Shown here: in pieces, positions 12,526 to 25,308 of the stretch
Numbering within the stretch: position 1 is the stretch's first letter
Layout of the letters: each line of letters begins with the position of its first letter
Assembly: GCA_965153455.1 (NCBI GenBank)
Contig: OZ234493.1
Span: 33,780,213-33,844,212, forward strand
Direction: 5' to 3'
DNA: 64,000 nt
Source: Sphagnum compactum
Taxonomy: Eukaryota
Position numbers and translations under genes: made by a program
The notes under the pieces: generated by a model
Database searches by the model: none
What the model saw: only the letters and a program-made list of their open reading frames with translations
Told to the model about the DNA's origin: nothing

Positions 12526-14434
12526 CACTACACCGAAATGTGAAAAATATGACTACATATATGACTACATTTGTAATCATAAAGGACATTTATGACTACC
12601 ATGACTAAAGTGCAATTAGACTCATTGCAAAAGCCATTAATAATATTTTTGGTCGTAGTCGCAAATGCCATAGTCATTAGATCTTTGACTTCTATAATCA
12701 TAATGGCTCATGTCTTTTACGACTACAATAAAATACTTATATTTCTTATTATTATATTGATATAATTATAGATTAATGATAACTAGGTTTATTTCATTAT
12801 TTGTCATCAAATTAATGGTTGACATGTGTCACTATTTAGCCTATGTAACCTAGGTGACCAAGTGAGGTAACTAGTTTAGGTGATTTATGTAAACATTTAA
12901 CATAAGTGATTTAGGTGGGTAGGCAACCTAATTAATGAAACATAGGTTGTAAGTATATGAGGACCTAAACCCTTCACCTCCTCGAAAAAGGCTCAAGTCT
13001 TTAACCATTGCACCACCACTCAACCTAAGTGAAAAACATTTTCATCCTTTGATAATGAATGTTTTTTGTTAACTTATTGAAATTATTTAACATAAATATA
13101 TGCAACCTACTTAGCAACCTACTTAATCTACCTACCTAATTTAGCCTAACCTACCTACTTAAGTACATTCTCATATGTAAAGTTAATTGATTACAAAAAT
13201 TAAATATTATTGAAATAAATCAAATATGAATTAGTTTAAACTTTATTAAACTCAATTGAATGATTTTTTTGCTTAAAAGCGTAAATAATTCAAATAATTA
13301 TATTATATTATAACTAAAATGAAATTCTACAATAAATATTGAAACTTAAAAATTGGTTTATGACATATTGATATGTCTAATATTTTAAAATAATGAAATT
13401 ACTATTTTAAATATGTAAATTTAAATTTGAAGTAATTTATGATTTTAAATAATTATGAAAAATAAATAAAATATTATATAATACAACATATATATTATCT
13501 GATGTTATGAAAAAATAACTATATTATTTAATCAATGAATTTTAAAGTGAAACTATTTCAAAATAATTAAATGACTATTTTAGAAATTTTAATTTTAATT
13601 TGACATAATTTATGATAAAATATTTACAAGGAAATCTTACAAATAATTCAAAATTTAATCACTACATGTTTTAAATAACATTTTAAAGCATGATTTCATT
13701 GTGATGTTTAAATATGATGATTCTAGAACATCAAACTTTAAAAAAATATTTTAAATAGGAATATTGGAAATATTAATATATTTTGATCATATAGTACATT
13801 CAAATCTTAAATTAAATATGAAGAAGAAACTAAATCAAAATTAATCATGAAATTAAGCTATAGATGATCAAAGGTAATTCATTAATAGGCATGTAATAAT
13901 GCTAATATGTAAATGAATATAATTAAAGTAAATAAGTAGTTAGTTAGATAGTTACTTAAAGGTAGGTAGGTAACATTTATACCTAACTTACCAACATAAC
14001 TTTGCTATCTTTTTATAACCTAATTATTACCTTACATTACATATTTAGTTCAAAAATTAGTTACCTAGGCTAACCTACATATTATACCTTGTCTTTAAAC
14101 CAATAAATGTTAGCAAAATAATAAACCTAGTTTTGCCTATAATGGAAAAACGTGTTAAAAATTATAGCAATAAATTTTTAATATTTAATAATGTACATAT
14201 TCATTACATGCATAGATAATATTTTGAATTCATAATCAAGATGACTATAGTGGCTAGTTGTTATCACATGCATACTAAAATTCATGACTATAGTTGGTAA
14301 CTTAATAATGTAGTCATATTTTTGGTTAGAAAAGTCTGATAGTCATAAAATATATGTTTTATATGACTCTATGACTAAGGTGAAGACATAGTCACAAAAT
14401 GTCCTAATCATGGATTCCACATTTTGGTGTAATG
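12526..14434. mobile_element. Non-autonomous CACTA (En/Spm) element 1
   Basis: TIRs CACTACACCGAAATGTG / CACATTTTGGTGTAATG. Subterminal (T)ATGACTA repeats at both ends. The insertion splits the pogo-like ORF, which continues across it. A 3-bp TSD is not recognisable. Confidence 0.85.
12958..13022 (-). ncRNA. tRNA-derived (A-box/B-box) cassette inside CACTA element 1; not a functional tRNA
   Basis: Minus strand GTGGTGGTGCAATGGTTAAAGACTTGAGCC...GGAGGTGAAGGGTTTAGGTCCTCA has A-box-like TGGTGCAATGG and B-box-like GGTTTAGGTCC. Homologous to 17148-17210. Confidence 0.55.
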
Positions 14435-15339
14435 TTAGGACTATAAGATCTGTTAATCAATGAAGAGGACAAAACACTGATGGCTTGGATTTTGGGTTTG
14501 CAAGAATGTGGATTCTCGATTACCTTACAATAGATCAAAATGAAAGTCATAGAATTGACTTACATTAGGCCCACCCCCTTCAAGAATGAAATTCCTAGTC
14601 ATTTCCAATGGTATTAATTCAAGTGTTGACATCCAAAGTTAAGTATTTGATTTTTAGAAGAATTTCATGTTTTTAAGGCACAAGGTTTCACAGTTCAATT
14701 AATGTGCAACTCATTCTATCAAAAAATTTAAACCTTATAAATTTAACATTAGTATAGGCCAAATGAAATTTGGAATTTAGATGAAACATGGATCAAGTAG
14801 GGCATTTAGTCAAGGGCTAGGGTTCTTGTGAAAAAAGATTCACAATAGGCTCATGACACCATTTTTAAATCTAAAGAATAGAATTTAATAATGAATTGTG
14901 CCATAAATGCAACATGGGGTTGTCTACCAAGATTTTACGTAAATGTGGGGGTGAATGGATCAAAGATAACTACATCACATAGTGTAAAGTAAGAATTACA
15001 TGTATTGCAATGGAAACCAAGGCATGGATGACATCTTTTTTATTCAAAAAATTTCTATCATTCTTTAAAAAATTAATTCCAAGTGGGATCCCTTAATTTA
15101 ATTGACATCTTTTAGTTATAGATGGATATGATTCACTTGTTACATTAGAAACAATAGGACAAGTGCAAGAACTTGAGTTGAATATGATCACATTACTAGC
15201 TCACACATCCCATGCCCTAAAAACCCTTACATTGAATTTGCTTCAAGCCTTTTAAAAAAAAAGATATAATGCAATGGTTAAAACACTACACCAAAACATG
15301 GTTTTCAAGACTAAGACAACTTGTAACTAATGTCCAATT

Positions 15340-17060
15340 AGAAATAACCTACTTTAACCAAATTTAATGTAAAAAAAAATTCTAATCAATTTAAGCCAAT
15401 TTCAACCAATTTTAACTTAAATAATTTATTTTAAACAAATTTAACCAAATATAGCCAAATATAACCCATTTAAACCAAGTTTAATCTCAGTAGCTTACTT
15501 TAACCAAATTTAGCTTAGTGTAGCCTAATATAGCAAAATTTAACTAAGTTTATCTAAAAGGTGAATGCACACTAAAATGGTTCACTTTTTGTCCCTTTCT
15601 AGATTTTCTACAAAGTGTACTCTATTCAAATGCCACAAACGCATTGTAAAATCATCAATTTGACAAAAATATCTATGGATTAAAATTGTCAACTTGAATA
15701 GGAATATTTATTGAGGGGTGAAATGTAATAACCATACACCAATCATATAGTAATGGACTTTTAAAGTGAGCATATGGATTATGTTATGGGTTCTGCATTA
15801 ATATTCAATTGCATTTTTTGTTATGATTTCATCTCAATACTTTTTATAGGGACTCAATATATTATACATGATGGGAAAAAAAAATGGATTAAAAAATTAC
15901 AAAAAAAAGAATTTAACCAACAAATAACTATGGACTTTTGAATGACCAAATTTGGACCTTATTTTCCTAAGTCCCTATCTTGGTCATTTTGTCAGATTGG
16001 TATTTTTTCCCCCTAACATGTATGTTAAAGAATTGTCTAGATGGACAACCTTTCATATGGACTTTATTAGTTGATTAGTCACCACATAGGGCACACTCAA
16101 AATTGGTTTTTAACTATTTTTTCATTTTAGTGTTAAAATATGGACTTTTGGGATTATTACTTTTGTTGCTTTTGAACCACTCTAACTTGCATCTATGTTA
16201 AATAACCTACTTTAACCAAGTTTAGCAATTTAATATAACCAAATCTAATCTAAATAATTTAGTTTAGTCACATTTAGCTTAGTGTAGCCTAATATAGCCA
16301 AGTTTAGTTTAATATAACTTAGTATAACCAAGTTTAACCTAAATAACCTATTTTAACTAAGTTTAGCCTAATAATGCCAAGTTTAATTTAATATAACCAA
16401 GTATAATTTCAATAACCTATTTTAGTCAAGTCTAGCTTATTGTAATCTAGTTTTGCCAATTTTATTCTAAATAATTTAATTTAACCAAGTTTAGCTTAGT
16501 ATAGCCAAATTTAACCTAAATTACCTGCTTTAGCCAAATTTAACTTAGTATAACCAAGTTTAACCTAAATAACCATTTTTTTCCAAATTTAGTTTAATAT
16601 AGCCAAGTTTAACTTAAATAACCTACTTTTGCCAATTTTAGTCTAATATAACCAAGTTTAACCTAATATATGCAAGTTTGATCTAATTTAACCAAGTATA
16701 ACTAAGTATAGTCAAGTCTAACCTAAATAACCTACTTTTGCCAACTTTAACATAGTATAACCAAGTTTACATTAAATAACATATTTTAACCAAGTTTAAC
16801 ATAATATAGTCCAATATAGCCAGGTATAACAAAATTTAATTTAAATAACCTCTTTTGCCAAATTTAGCTTAATGTAGCCAAATTTATTTTAAATAACATA
16901 CTTTAACCAAGTTTAATCTAATATAGCTAAGTATAATCTGGTTTAGCCAAGTATAATTTAGTATAGCCAAATTTAATATAGTTAAATTTTAATTTGGCTT
17001 AAATTTAAATAACATAGTTTAGCCTATGAAGGCTTAAGCTAGATTATTGGGTGGCCTAGG
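15340..17060. repeat. AT-rich degenerate tandem array (about 10-bp subunits, e.g. TAACCAAGTT/TAGCCAAATT/TAACCTAAA) forming the body of CACTA element 2
   Basis: Dozens of variants of TAACCAAGTTTAACCTAAATAACCTA. Interrupted by a MITE at about 15559-16194. Confidence 0.85.
15559..16194 (-). mobile_element. MITE family B, diverged copy nested in CACTA element 2
   Basis: Reverse-complement similarity to 19002-19646 at both ends and via shared internal ATGGACTT/AAGTCCAT motifs. Termini degenerate. Confidence 0.6.
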
Positions 17061-17147
17061 TTAGCTTAGGGAGGCATAGGTTAATTTAAGCTAAAATAAC
17101 TTTTCCTTTATATGTTTGTGATAACTTCATTTGTTACAAAAACAATT

Positions 17148-17210
17148 GTGATGGTGTAATGGTTAAAGATTTTGCCCCTCAAAGTGGAGGTGAAGGGTTC
17201 AAGTCCTTTT
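17148..17210 (+). ncRNA. tRNA-derived (A-box/B-box) cassette inside CACTA element 2; not a functional tRNA
   Basis: A-box-like TGGTGTAATGG (17152-17162) and B-box GGTTCAAGTCC (17196-17206). T-arm AAGGG-TTCAAGT-CCTTT forms a 5-bp stem with a 7-nt loop, followed by a T-run. Confidence 0.65.
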
Positions 17211-19001
17211 ATCTTCATCTTATATGCCTCCTAGGTTCCTAAGGGAATATTTAAGTGGGGTAGCCTTCCTAAGAGGGGGTTAGGTGGTTAGTTACTTGAG
17301 ATTATTTTTTAACCTAGGATAGGTCGCTTAACCTAATCTAACATGTAGGCTAGGTCATTTAGCCTAGGGTGCTTAGCATAGGGCTCCTAGCTTAGTAGGT
17401 GGTTTAGGCTAAGTCCCAAGTGTCTTTATTTGATAAAAAGTTAACTACCATGTGGCATCATATAATTGTGTAGAAAAAATAATTTCATTATTCTAAATTG
17501 TCACATGTCAGTTCATAAGTGGTTAATAAAATCTTAAATTCATCTTAGGCTATCATGTGGTAGCAAACATTAATTAAAATAAATTATATTTATATTTTAA
17601 AACTAAATTCTGGCCATTGAAAATGTTTTGAAGTCGCGAAGGACATAGTCACAAATGGCATTTATGACCATGCCATTTTTGTGATTGGTGGTAAACACCA
17701 TGGGGCCATATGGACTAAGAGTCATGCAGTCATGGCTAGTCATGTATGTGGTTTAGGATTATAGTGCTAATTGCATATGTAGTCATATTTTCCATGTTTT
17801 GATGCAATGAAAAAATCGTTATGAATTAAACAAATGCACATTGGTTGGTTGAATAGACAAGAGTTTGGATTAATCATTGTCCAAGAATGGGTTCAAGGTT
17901 ATAGGAATGTAGCGTCTCATTCTTAAAGCCATGGATGACAAGATTAAACCATTTAAGTTACACATAACAATAGCCATAACCATTTTAAATGAAGACAACA
18001 CCAATTTTGATGGAACAATTAGTGAACAAGAAAAATTAAGGGAAGATGGAACTATAACAACAAAATAATTACTAGGAGAGTAATTGCAAATAATAGTATT
18101 ATGGTTGGGGGTAATAATATGGATAAAAATGGGAAATAAAATAATGAGCCTCATGGGCCTTATAAGGAGAATTTTTTGACTAGGGGCATAGGGGTTCATT
18201 ATGAATAATTTAAATAATTATTTCATGTTAGTAATAATGGGAGGTCAAGTATGTAGACTTGACCAAATCCTATACTCCAAATAATGTAAAACCTATCCAT
18301 AGAAGGATGAAAAGTTATAAGTGGCATGTGACGATTGGCTTGATACATTGGGAATAGATGTAGATGAATATGATTAATTGTTCACCCATTTCTTTCCTTC
18401 AAATATATAAGGGGTAGTGATTGGAGCTTTGGGTTCACAATTTTGCATTCAATAATTTCATGTTACTAGTTGCTATCAAGACTTGTAAAAGTATCATATG
18501 TGAATAGGAATCCTTGAAAAAATAAGATGTGGAGATTATTTTGAACACTATTGTGGAAATTTTATAGTCTTTGGTGAATGGTCCTCATAAAGGAGAATCT
18601 TCAGGCGCATGTGATGAACTCCCTTGGGGTGTAGTTCTCACATAAATATTCGACTTTAGGTGTGTGGGTGATCCTATCCCAAAAGAATGTAAGACCTCAT
18701 ATTGGGAATCATATGAATGACGAATATTGCAAGTATTGTGTTGAAGTATGTTTGATAGTCTACCTATGTGCTAGAAGGGATTAATCAAAAATTAACCCTC
18801 ATAGTTCTGGACCCCCCCAGGCTACAGAACTACCACACATTGTTAAACATAACAACAAAAATGTAAAAAGTTGGAACAAAGAATGATGATGAATAAAATA
18901 TCCAAAATGTAAAATATTATATGCAAGAATTTAGGATTCTTGTTACCACACATGAAATTGGGCAAATACAAGTTGTTTATGACTTAACTAACTATTGATC
19001 T

Positions 19002-19646
19002 GGGTGTATGCATTGTAAGGTGGTTCATTTTCAGCGAGTGCTCCACTCCTTAAAAGTCCATATGGTAGTGTTAAAATGATAGTCTATTTTGATATCATTA
19101 ATTTAGTGGAGAATTACATGATGGTTAATGAACTAAAAAATCCACATGAAAATAAGTCATTCTAAATAATTCTTTAATGTATATGTTTAAAAAAAAAACT
19201 GAAATTCACCCAAAATTGTTCATGATATGGACTTATGAAAATATGGCTCATTTTAAGCCATTCAAAAAGTCCATAACATTTTTTTGTTTATTTTTTTTTA
19301 ACAATTTTTTTGCACATATGTTCTTTTTGTTTTAACATATCATATATTGAGTCCTTATAATATATCCCAAATAAAATTCATACAGAAAAATGCATGTATA
19401 TAGAAGCACAAACAACAAACTAGTCCATATTTTTGAACTTCAAAAGTTCATTACTATATATTTGGTGTATATATGTTGTAATTTTTTTTTATAGATGTCT
19501 TATTCTTCAAGTTGAAAATCTAAATTTAGCTACAAATTTGGAAAATTATTGTTTTATGTCATGTTAATAACATGTAAATGCATGCCACTCTACAAAAAAT
19601 TGGATTGCAATGCAAAAAAGTGAGCCACCCTACCTTGCAAGCACCC
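19002..19646 (+). mobile_element. MITE family B (GGGTG...CACCC termini, perfect 4-bp TSD ATCT; Sola-like)
   Basis: TIRs GGGTGTATGCATTGTAAGGTGGTTCA / TGAGCCACCCTACCTTGCAAGCACCC. ATCT at 18998-19001 and 19647-19650. Confidence 0.8.
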
Positions 19647-20038
19647 ATCTACACGGACCTACAATTGAGGTGCAAAAAGTTGAAAATTTGGAAGTGGCAA
19701 CCCAAGTACCATTTGTCACCCCTATCATATTTGCTTGCAAGAGGAACAAGGGGTAAAAAACTATTAGTGGACTACAACCAATCATATGTAATAACATCCA
19801 CAAAATATTTTGAATTTCTATGGAAAAAAATGTTAAAGCAAAAAGTAATTAAAAAAATGTCAAAAAATATGAAAGCAAAGGGAAAACAACAAGGCCTAAC
19901 AAATTATTGATTCCTTTACCATAGTTGAAAGAACATCTCAAAGGTTGGTGAACGAGTGACATAGGGTAGATTTCATAATAGTTGGTTTATAGTTGCAATA
20001 AAGGAAACTAAAACATATTTCACAACAACTTTGTAGTA

Positions 20039-20649
20039 GGATGAAAGCATGGTAAAATATACATAAAAAGTAGTGTAAGCAACTAAATACCAGGGTTTTT
20101 GAATAAAATGACTAACAAGTAAATGATTTTATGGGGATAATAATATTATTTTTGGGTACATTATTTTTTAACTCTTATTTTCATGAACTTCCAAAGCTAA
20201 ATTATTAAAATAATTTTTATTTAAGGCACTTACAAGTACTTGAATTGGACCTACATTTGTGGCAGTTTGAAAAATAAAATTCATGTATTTGAAAGTGGGT
20301 GAAGTGTTTTTGCAAGTATTTGGTATTTTTTAAAAACAAAATATTGATGTGGTGAACATTCTAATATTATTTTTTTGGTTAATGGAACTTTTTTTCATAA
20401 ATAAAATCATCCCCAACCCTATGAAAAGTGACATTATTGTTGGGGATACTTTTGGGTGAAGTCGAAATGATATGACACAAATTGTTTTGAGAAGCGAGAA
20501 GGAGGTTAAAGATGCCTACGAAGAAAACCAAAGGTTTCATTTGTTTTGAAATGTTAGAGGAAGGTTATAATTTTTTTTTAATTTTTTTTTTCTTATTTTC
20601 AAGTAGAAAACAAGGTAACAAGTATGTTCAAAATATCTTGTTTACACCC
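20039..20649. mobile_element. MITE family A copy 2
   Basis: GGATGAAAGCATGG ... TTGTTTACACCC, flanks AGTA / AATA. Direct-orientation homolog of 9821-10438. Confidence 0.75.
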
Positions 20650-23399
20650 AATAGGTTTAAGGGCCCGTCCTTTATTCTACAAGGGTGTCAACCTTGGGTT
20701 TACAACAAAAATAGATAAGGGCAAGGGCAAAAGCTTAATCAACATCTAAAATCAAAGGGGGGGGGGGGGGGGGGGGGGCAAGGTGGGTTGGATTGTATAG
20801 AAGATGAAGAAAATTAGAAAAATAAGAACTGGGTTTTTCAAATTAAAAGTTGACAATGATCAAGGAGGGTCAGTATCACAACATCAAACAAAAGATGATG
20901 AAGATTAAAAAGGCCATGTTCATAATTTATTATAAGAAAATGATGAAGATTAAGAAGTCCAAGTTCACAACTAATTGGTTATTGGAAAAAGATGCTGAAA
21001 TAGAATAGAAGCATAAAATGATGACAATCATCAAGAAGGCTAGGTTTGAGATCACTAAAAGAGGATGGCAATGATTTCATTTCTTTGCAATTAATGAACT
21101 TAAGCTCCAACCTTCCACGCATGCCATCATTTTCACTACAAAGTTCAAATACCAAGTTAGGGAATTTTGTCCAATAATACAAAAGGAAAAGGATGTTGCA
21201 AAAAAAAACATGAAAAGAAAAGGTGGTGACAAGAACTCATGGATGATAAAAAAACATCACTTGTAGTTGCAACCAACGAACAAGCACCTGAACAACAAAA
21301 TTGGAACACAAAGGTAAAAGAGGCTATTGGAAGATTGTTGCTACATTGCAAAGATGTGAGACCCAAACCCAAAACCCTAACATGGGGGTGTTGCGTACAA
21401 CTCTAAGGCTAAACAAATAATATATTACCCATGGTTGTAGATTTTGTAATTTTTGTGGTAAAGATTTGGGCCAATGGTGTATGACAAACTTTTTGACATA
21501 ATTTGGATTGCATTTTCATCCAATTCAAATCAAGGGTCAAATTTGTGACATTTGTTAATTGCAATGTCTTGCTCATGAGGCAACAAAATGTTTCTTTCAT
21601 ATTTTTTTCAACAAGTGGACCTCCCTTTTTGTGGGGAGGCATATTTTCTTCATCTCTCATCCAAATGCCATGATCGAAGTGGATGTGGGTGTGCTTAGAG
21701 ATGGGCCACAACTTCTTTTCAAACACCATGTCCAAAACCAACACGCCCCACCTTTCTAAGCCTTTAAGTGTTTAGTGATTGACCTATTTACCTACCAGAA
21801 ATCTCAACCTACCATCTTATATTTTGCAATGCAATGAAATTGAAATTATTCAATTCAAACGATTTTCGACCTTTCAAACATCACTTTAAACATTTCTTAG
21901 AGTTTCAACCCTCAAAGTGGAATTGGCAAGGTCTTGGGAGTGCCTCTCTTTCACTCTCATTCAATTCCCAATTTGTTTGGTTGAAAGTCAAAAATAAGTT
22001 GAAGGCAAGATAAAAGGAAATGAACCAAAATAAAGTTTCATTTTATTTTGTCTTACACAAGCCTTGATTGCTAGTTCAAAATATAAACTGTAGCAAAAAA
22101 TTGTTTTTGATAATAAACATGTACAAAAGATTTGTGATATATTTTGTTTCTTGGTCTTGAATTTCATCAAGACAATGTCTCCTTTTTCTATGTCACAATT
22201 TTTACATCTAATAATATTTATGGAGGTATTTCCTAAACTAAATTCAATTATCTTAATAGATCTTTGTTTATTATCATATAAACACCTACTTCATAACACC
22301 CTTGATGTTTTTTTTTCTTGATTTTTGTTAAATCTACAATTTTAAGTTCATCTCTAGGTATATTTCTTGAAATTCTTTCTACTTTTTATTTCAGTTTTTA
22401 CATTGACATTTGTTAAATGCAATGTATGTGGAGTTTCCACGATAGGAATAAGGATACATGGAACTTATTGTCAAGCTCATGTATTTTAGTTGATGTTTTT
22501 ACAAGCTTCACATTTTTGAAGCTTAATCTTTCTTCTTCCATGGTAAAAAACAATTCTTATTTTGTCAATTTATCCCCAGGATCCAATTGTATTTACCTAA
22601 TTTGGGGTAAATTTGAACATTTTGATTTGGTGATTTTTTTCAAATTGTCCATCCTCCGAATTTTTAGGTTGTCACCAATCTCTTATTCCAAAATGGCTTT
22701 CATTGATTCTGTTGTATAATTCAACCATTTATGCCCATAAATTTAAACATATTTCTATTGAATAAGTAATTAATTCTGAAATTTTCATTTCAAAAAATAG
22801 CATATTATTGAATATTTTCCTTCACAATTTTTTTTTATTTTAAAAAACTTTTGTTCGGAGTTTCAACATTTCTAAATGTAATATACTTAGTGTGGAAGCT
22901 GCTATGGTACTGCAGTATTGAGCTTCTAGAATTATCATCCTAGTTGAGTACATGAGTTGGGGTTCATTTGGGAATGGGATGAATTAATCCCTAACAACAA
23001 TAATATCACATAGGTTCACATAAAATAACCACAAATGAGATAATAAACCTTAAACCCTAAACCCTACTCATTAGAACTCAATAGCAGCAGGTAGGGTAAT
23101 AGAGCAAACTAGTGAGCCAATATATTATGAGTCAAAGTGCAATAGTGATCAGGATGATGGCTATGATCCATCACACCAAACCTAGATGGGTTGCAACCAT
23201 CAAACCCAGAGTCACAAATAAGGAGCAAAATCTGGGGAATATTTCATTAAAACTTGTTAGCTTCAGAATAGCTGAAGCAAATAGCAATACATTAAGCTCT
23301 GGGGTGGCATATTATGTCATTTTCTTGACCGCATTGTAATATGACATAATCTTCCAGTGATGATCATACACTTGTACTTATGATCAAAATGTGTTTGTT

Positions 23400-25100
23400 G
23401 AACATTAATTTTGAAAAAATCATTGAATCTGCCACACCCATTTCTTAATGTCATGGAATGGCCTCGCCCATTATTATGTTGGGGGTAAGTCTTACCACAT
23501 TTGGGTGTGTTGCAATGCGTAACAAATTGTCACTGTTTCCAGGAGTACAGATAATTGCAAAACAATCTAATATGTTGTTCTCCAGTTTTATGCACCCAGC
23601 TTCCACTTCAGAGATGAGCTGGGAGAAAGCCACAATGACAGGGAACTTTTGTTCATGGTAACAGAAGTCTAATCTAACATGCTGTGATCTCCTTTCATCA
23701 ATGAAATGAACTTAGCCTGCCTGGCATACAAGTCGAGCATCCTCATCCTGAAAGTAGTTCATATTGATCTCAGTTTTCAAGGGTAGAATTTGCTGCGCAC
23801 ATCTGATTCGACTCAAAGAAACAAATCTATTGAGGTTCAAATGTGGACTTGCTTCTCAGCATTGCAACCGAGTTAGGGCCCAGATATCTGCTATCATCAA
23901 CTGTCACAGTAATGCAGCTCAATGTCAAGCATTGAGTTGCAAGCATCAACACCAATTTGTGTACAGAATTTACTGGTCAAATAGATGAAATCTGGGTGGC
24001 ATGTACTAGGGAAAATTTTACCATTTGGCTCATTGCTTGGGACTTTGATTAGTACATCATCAAAATCGCTTGTTATACAATACTGGCACAGGAGCAACCC
24101 TCCAATTTGGTACCACAGTAAGAAGAATTTTGCAGCTTACATGCTCAACAAAGACTTAGTAGCTCCCAACTGATTTCTGGATTGCTTATGTAGCCTTTAA
24201 TCAATTGAAGAATGAGAAGTCAGTACCTACCAATTAGGGATGTGATCAGATTGGAAGTGGGACCTCAAGGCTTCTTGAGATCGTAACTGAAACCATGCTT
24301 TGTCGATCTTTTTGTGACTTGAGTTGGTCATGGAATCATAATGTCATCCTTTGTTGAATCAGTTCCAAAGTTCAAATGGGTTTTTTGTTTGGTGGGTTTT
24401 TTAATGTGTTAGAGTAGAAAGGAGAGGTGTTCAAGCCTAATGGAATGAAAAAGCTGGAAGAACTTGAAATGAGAAGACCATTAAGTGGCAATTTAACAGT
24501 TGAATCATAAGTGTCGCATGATGATGCACAATAGCAATAACAGCTAAATTGTAATGGGTTCTATTCCTATATGAAAGAGACAAGATCCTTTGGGAATATT
24601 GAAAACTCTCCATAAAGGGTGGAATTTAGTGTCCTCTCAATCTGCAACAAATTTGAGTCCCAGTTGTTGGTTCAACCCAGACCTAGCTCAACTCTTTTTT
24701 GGCCTACAAAGAGGTCAATGCGTCTAGTACTTCAAGGACAAATTTGCTATCTATATTTTCTGTGAGTCCAGATTGCACAACAACACAAATACATAAGAGC
24801 TCAATGCAACTCTTTTAAATCTCTTACTCACAGATGGATGCATTTCATGAAAACCGAAACTCAATGGTTGTCAACATGGGAATTCGCATTTTTTCCTTTC
24901 TCATAGAAGTTGAGAATCTCTGCATGTGTTGATGGGTGTATTTTGCCTGGAAGCTCTGGACACTCAGTCAGTTCAGAGTCTTCCAAACAATGCAAAAATA
25001 CACAAAGACCAGCAAGAGTAGTTAGGAGCACACCCAGCAACCATTCCAATCTGAAAGAGATTCGATCTTCAAGTCAAGCACCTCCTTTGCCACCATAAAC
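23400..25100 (-). pseudogene. Decayed coding-like sequence of unknown family
   Basis: Higher GC than the flanks. Chained minus-strand peptide fragments (FRLEWLLGVLLTTLAGLCVFLHCLEDS...; GLLLCQYCITSDFDDVLIK...; RLDFCYHEQKFPVIVAFSQLISEVEAGCIKLENNILDCF...) are broken by stops. No family recognised. Confidence 0.35.
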
Positions 25101-25308
25101 AACAGTACAAGGTTTTTCTTGCACCAAGGTTCCATCTTCTTAATTCAGGTGTGGTCCATCGGTCGATGGCACCATCACAATAGGTTGCCAATGTATGGTG
25201 CATTGGTGTGTGCTGGGTCAATGAAACCTCATCACCCACCAAACCCTAATAAAAGGCACATTCCCTTACATTATAGATTTTGTTGCTCTCATGGGCCTTT
25301 CATTGAAA

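Larger units (their letters stand above)
15284..17809. mobile_element. Non-autonomous CACTA element 2 (related to element 1, opposite orientation)
   Basis: TIRs CACTACACCAAAACATGG / CCATGTTTTGATGCAATG, TSD AAA/AAA. The reverse complement of the right end (AAAATATGACTACATAT) matches the left end of element 1. Splits the pogo-like DDE region. Confidence 0.85.
12380..19990 (+). pseudogene. Decayed pogo-like (Tc1/mariner superfamily) transposase: HTH_psq + CENP-B-type HTH + DDE_1, interrupted by nested insertions
   Basis: 12380-12525 reads GRWTFEALEEVMDIMEKSQTSFRKARKS*HIPLT...NGKT (HTH_psq-like). 14435-15283 reads EEDKTLMAWILGLQECGFSITLQ*IKMKV...RPTPFKN...DET...AWMTSFLFKKFLSFFKK...DGYDSLVTLETIGQVQELELNMITLLAHTSHAL.PL...FKPFK. 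It resumes at 17810 (CTLVG*IDKSLD*SLSKNGFKVIG...KAMDDKIKP) and at about 19690 (LARGTRGKKLLVDYNQSYVITSTKY). Many stops and frameshifts. Confidence 0.85.

Noticed and set aside
17148-17210. Functional tRNA gene
   Set aside because: No convincing acceptor or anticodon stem; only the A box, B box and T arm persist inside a TE.
9821-20649. About 600-bp direct repeats 10 kb apart read as LTRs of one retroelement
   Set aside because: Each copy has its own TIRs and TSD-like flanks. There are no TG...CA ends, PBS, PPT or gag-pol between them.
21409-21744. 111-aa ORF as a gene
   Set aside because: Non-ATG start and no recognisable domain. More likely a decayed retroelement fragment.
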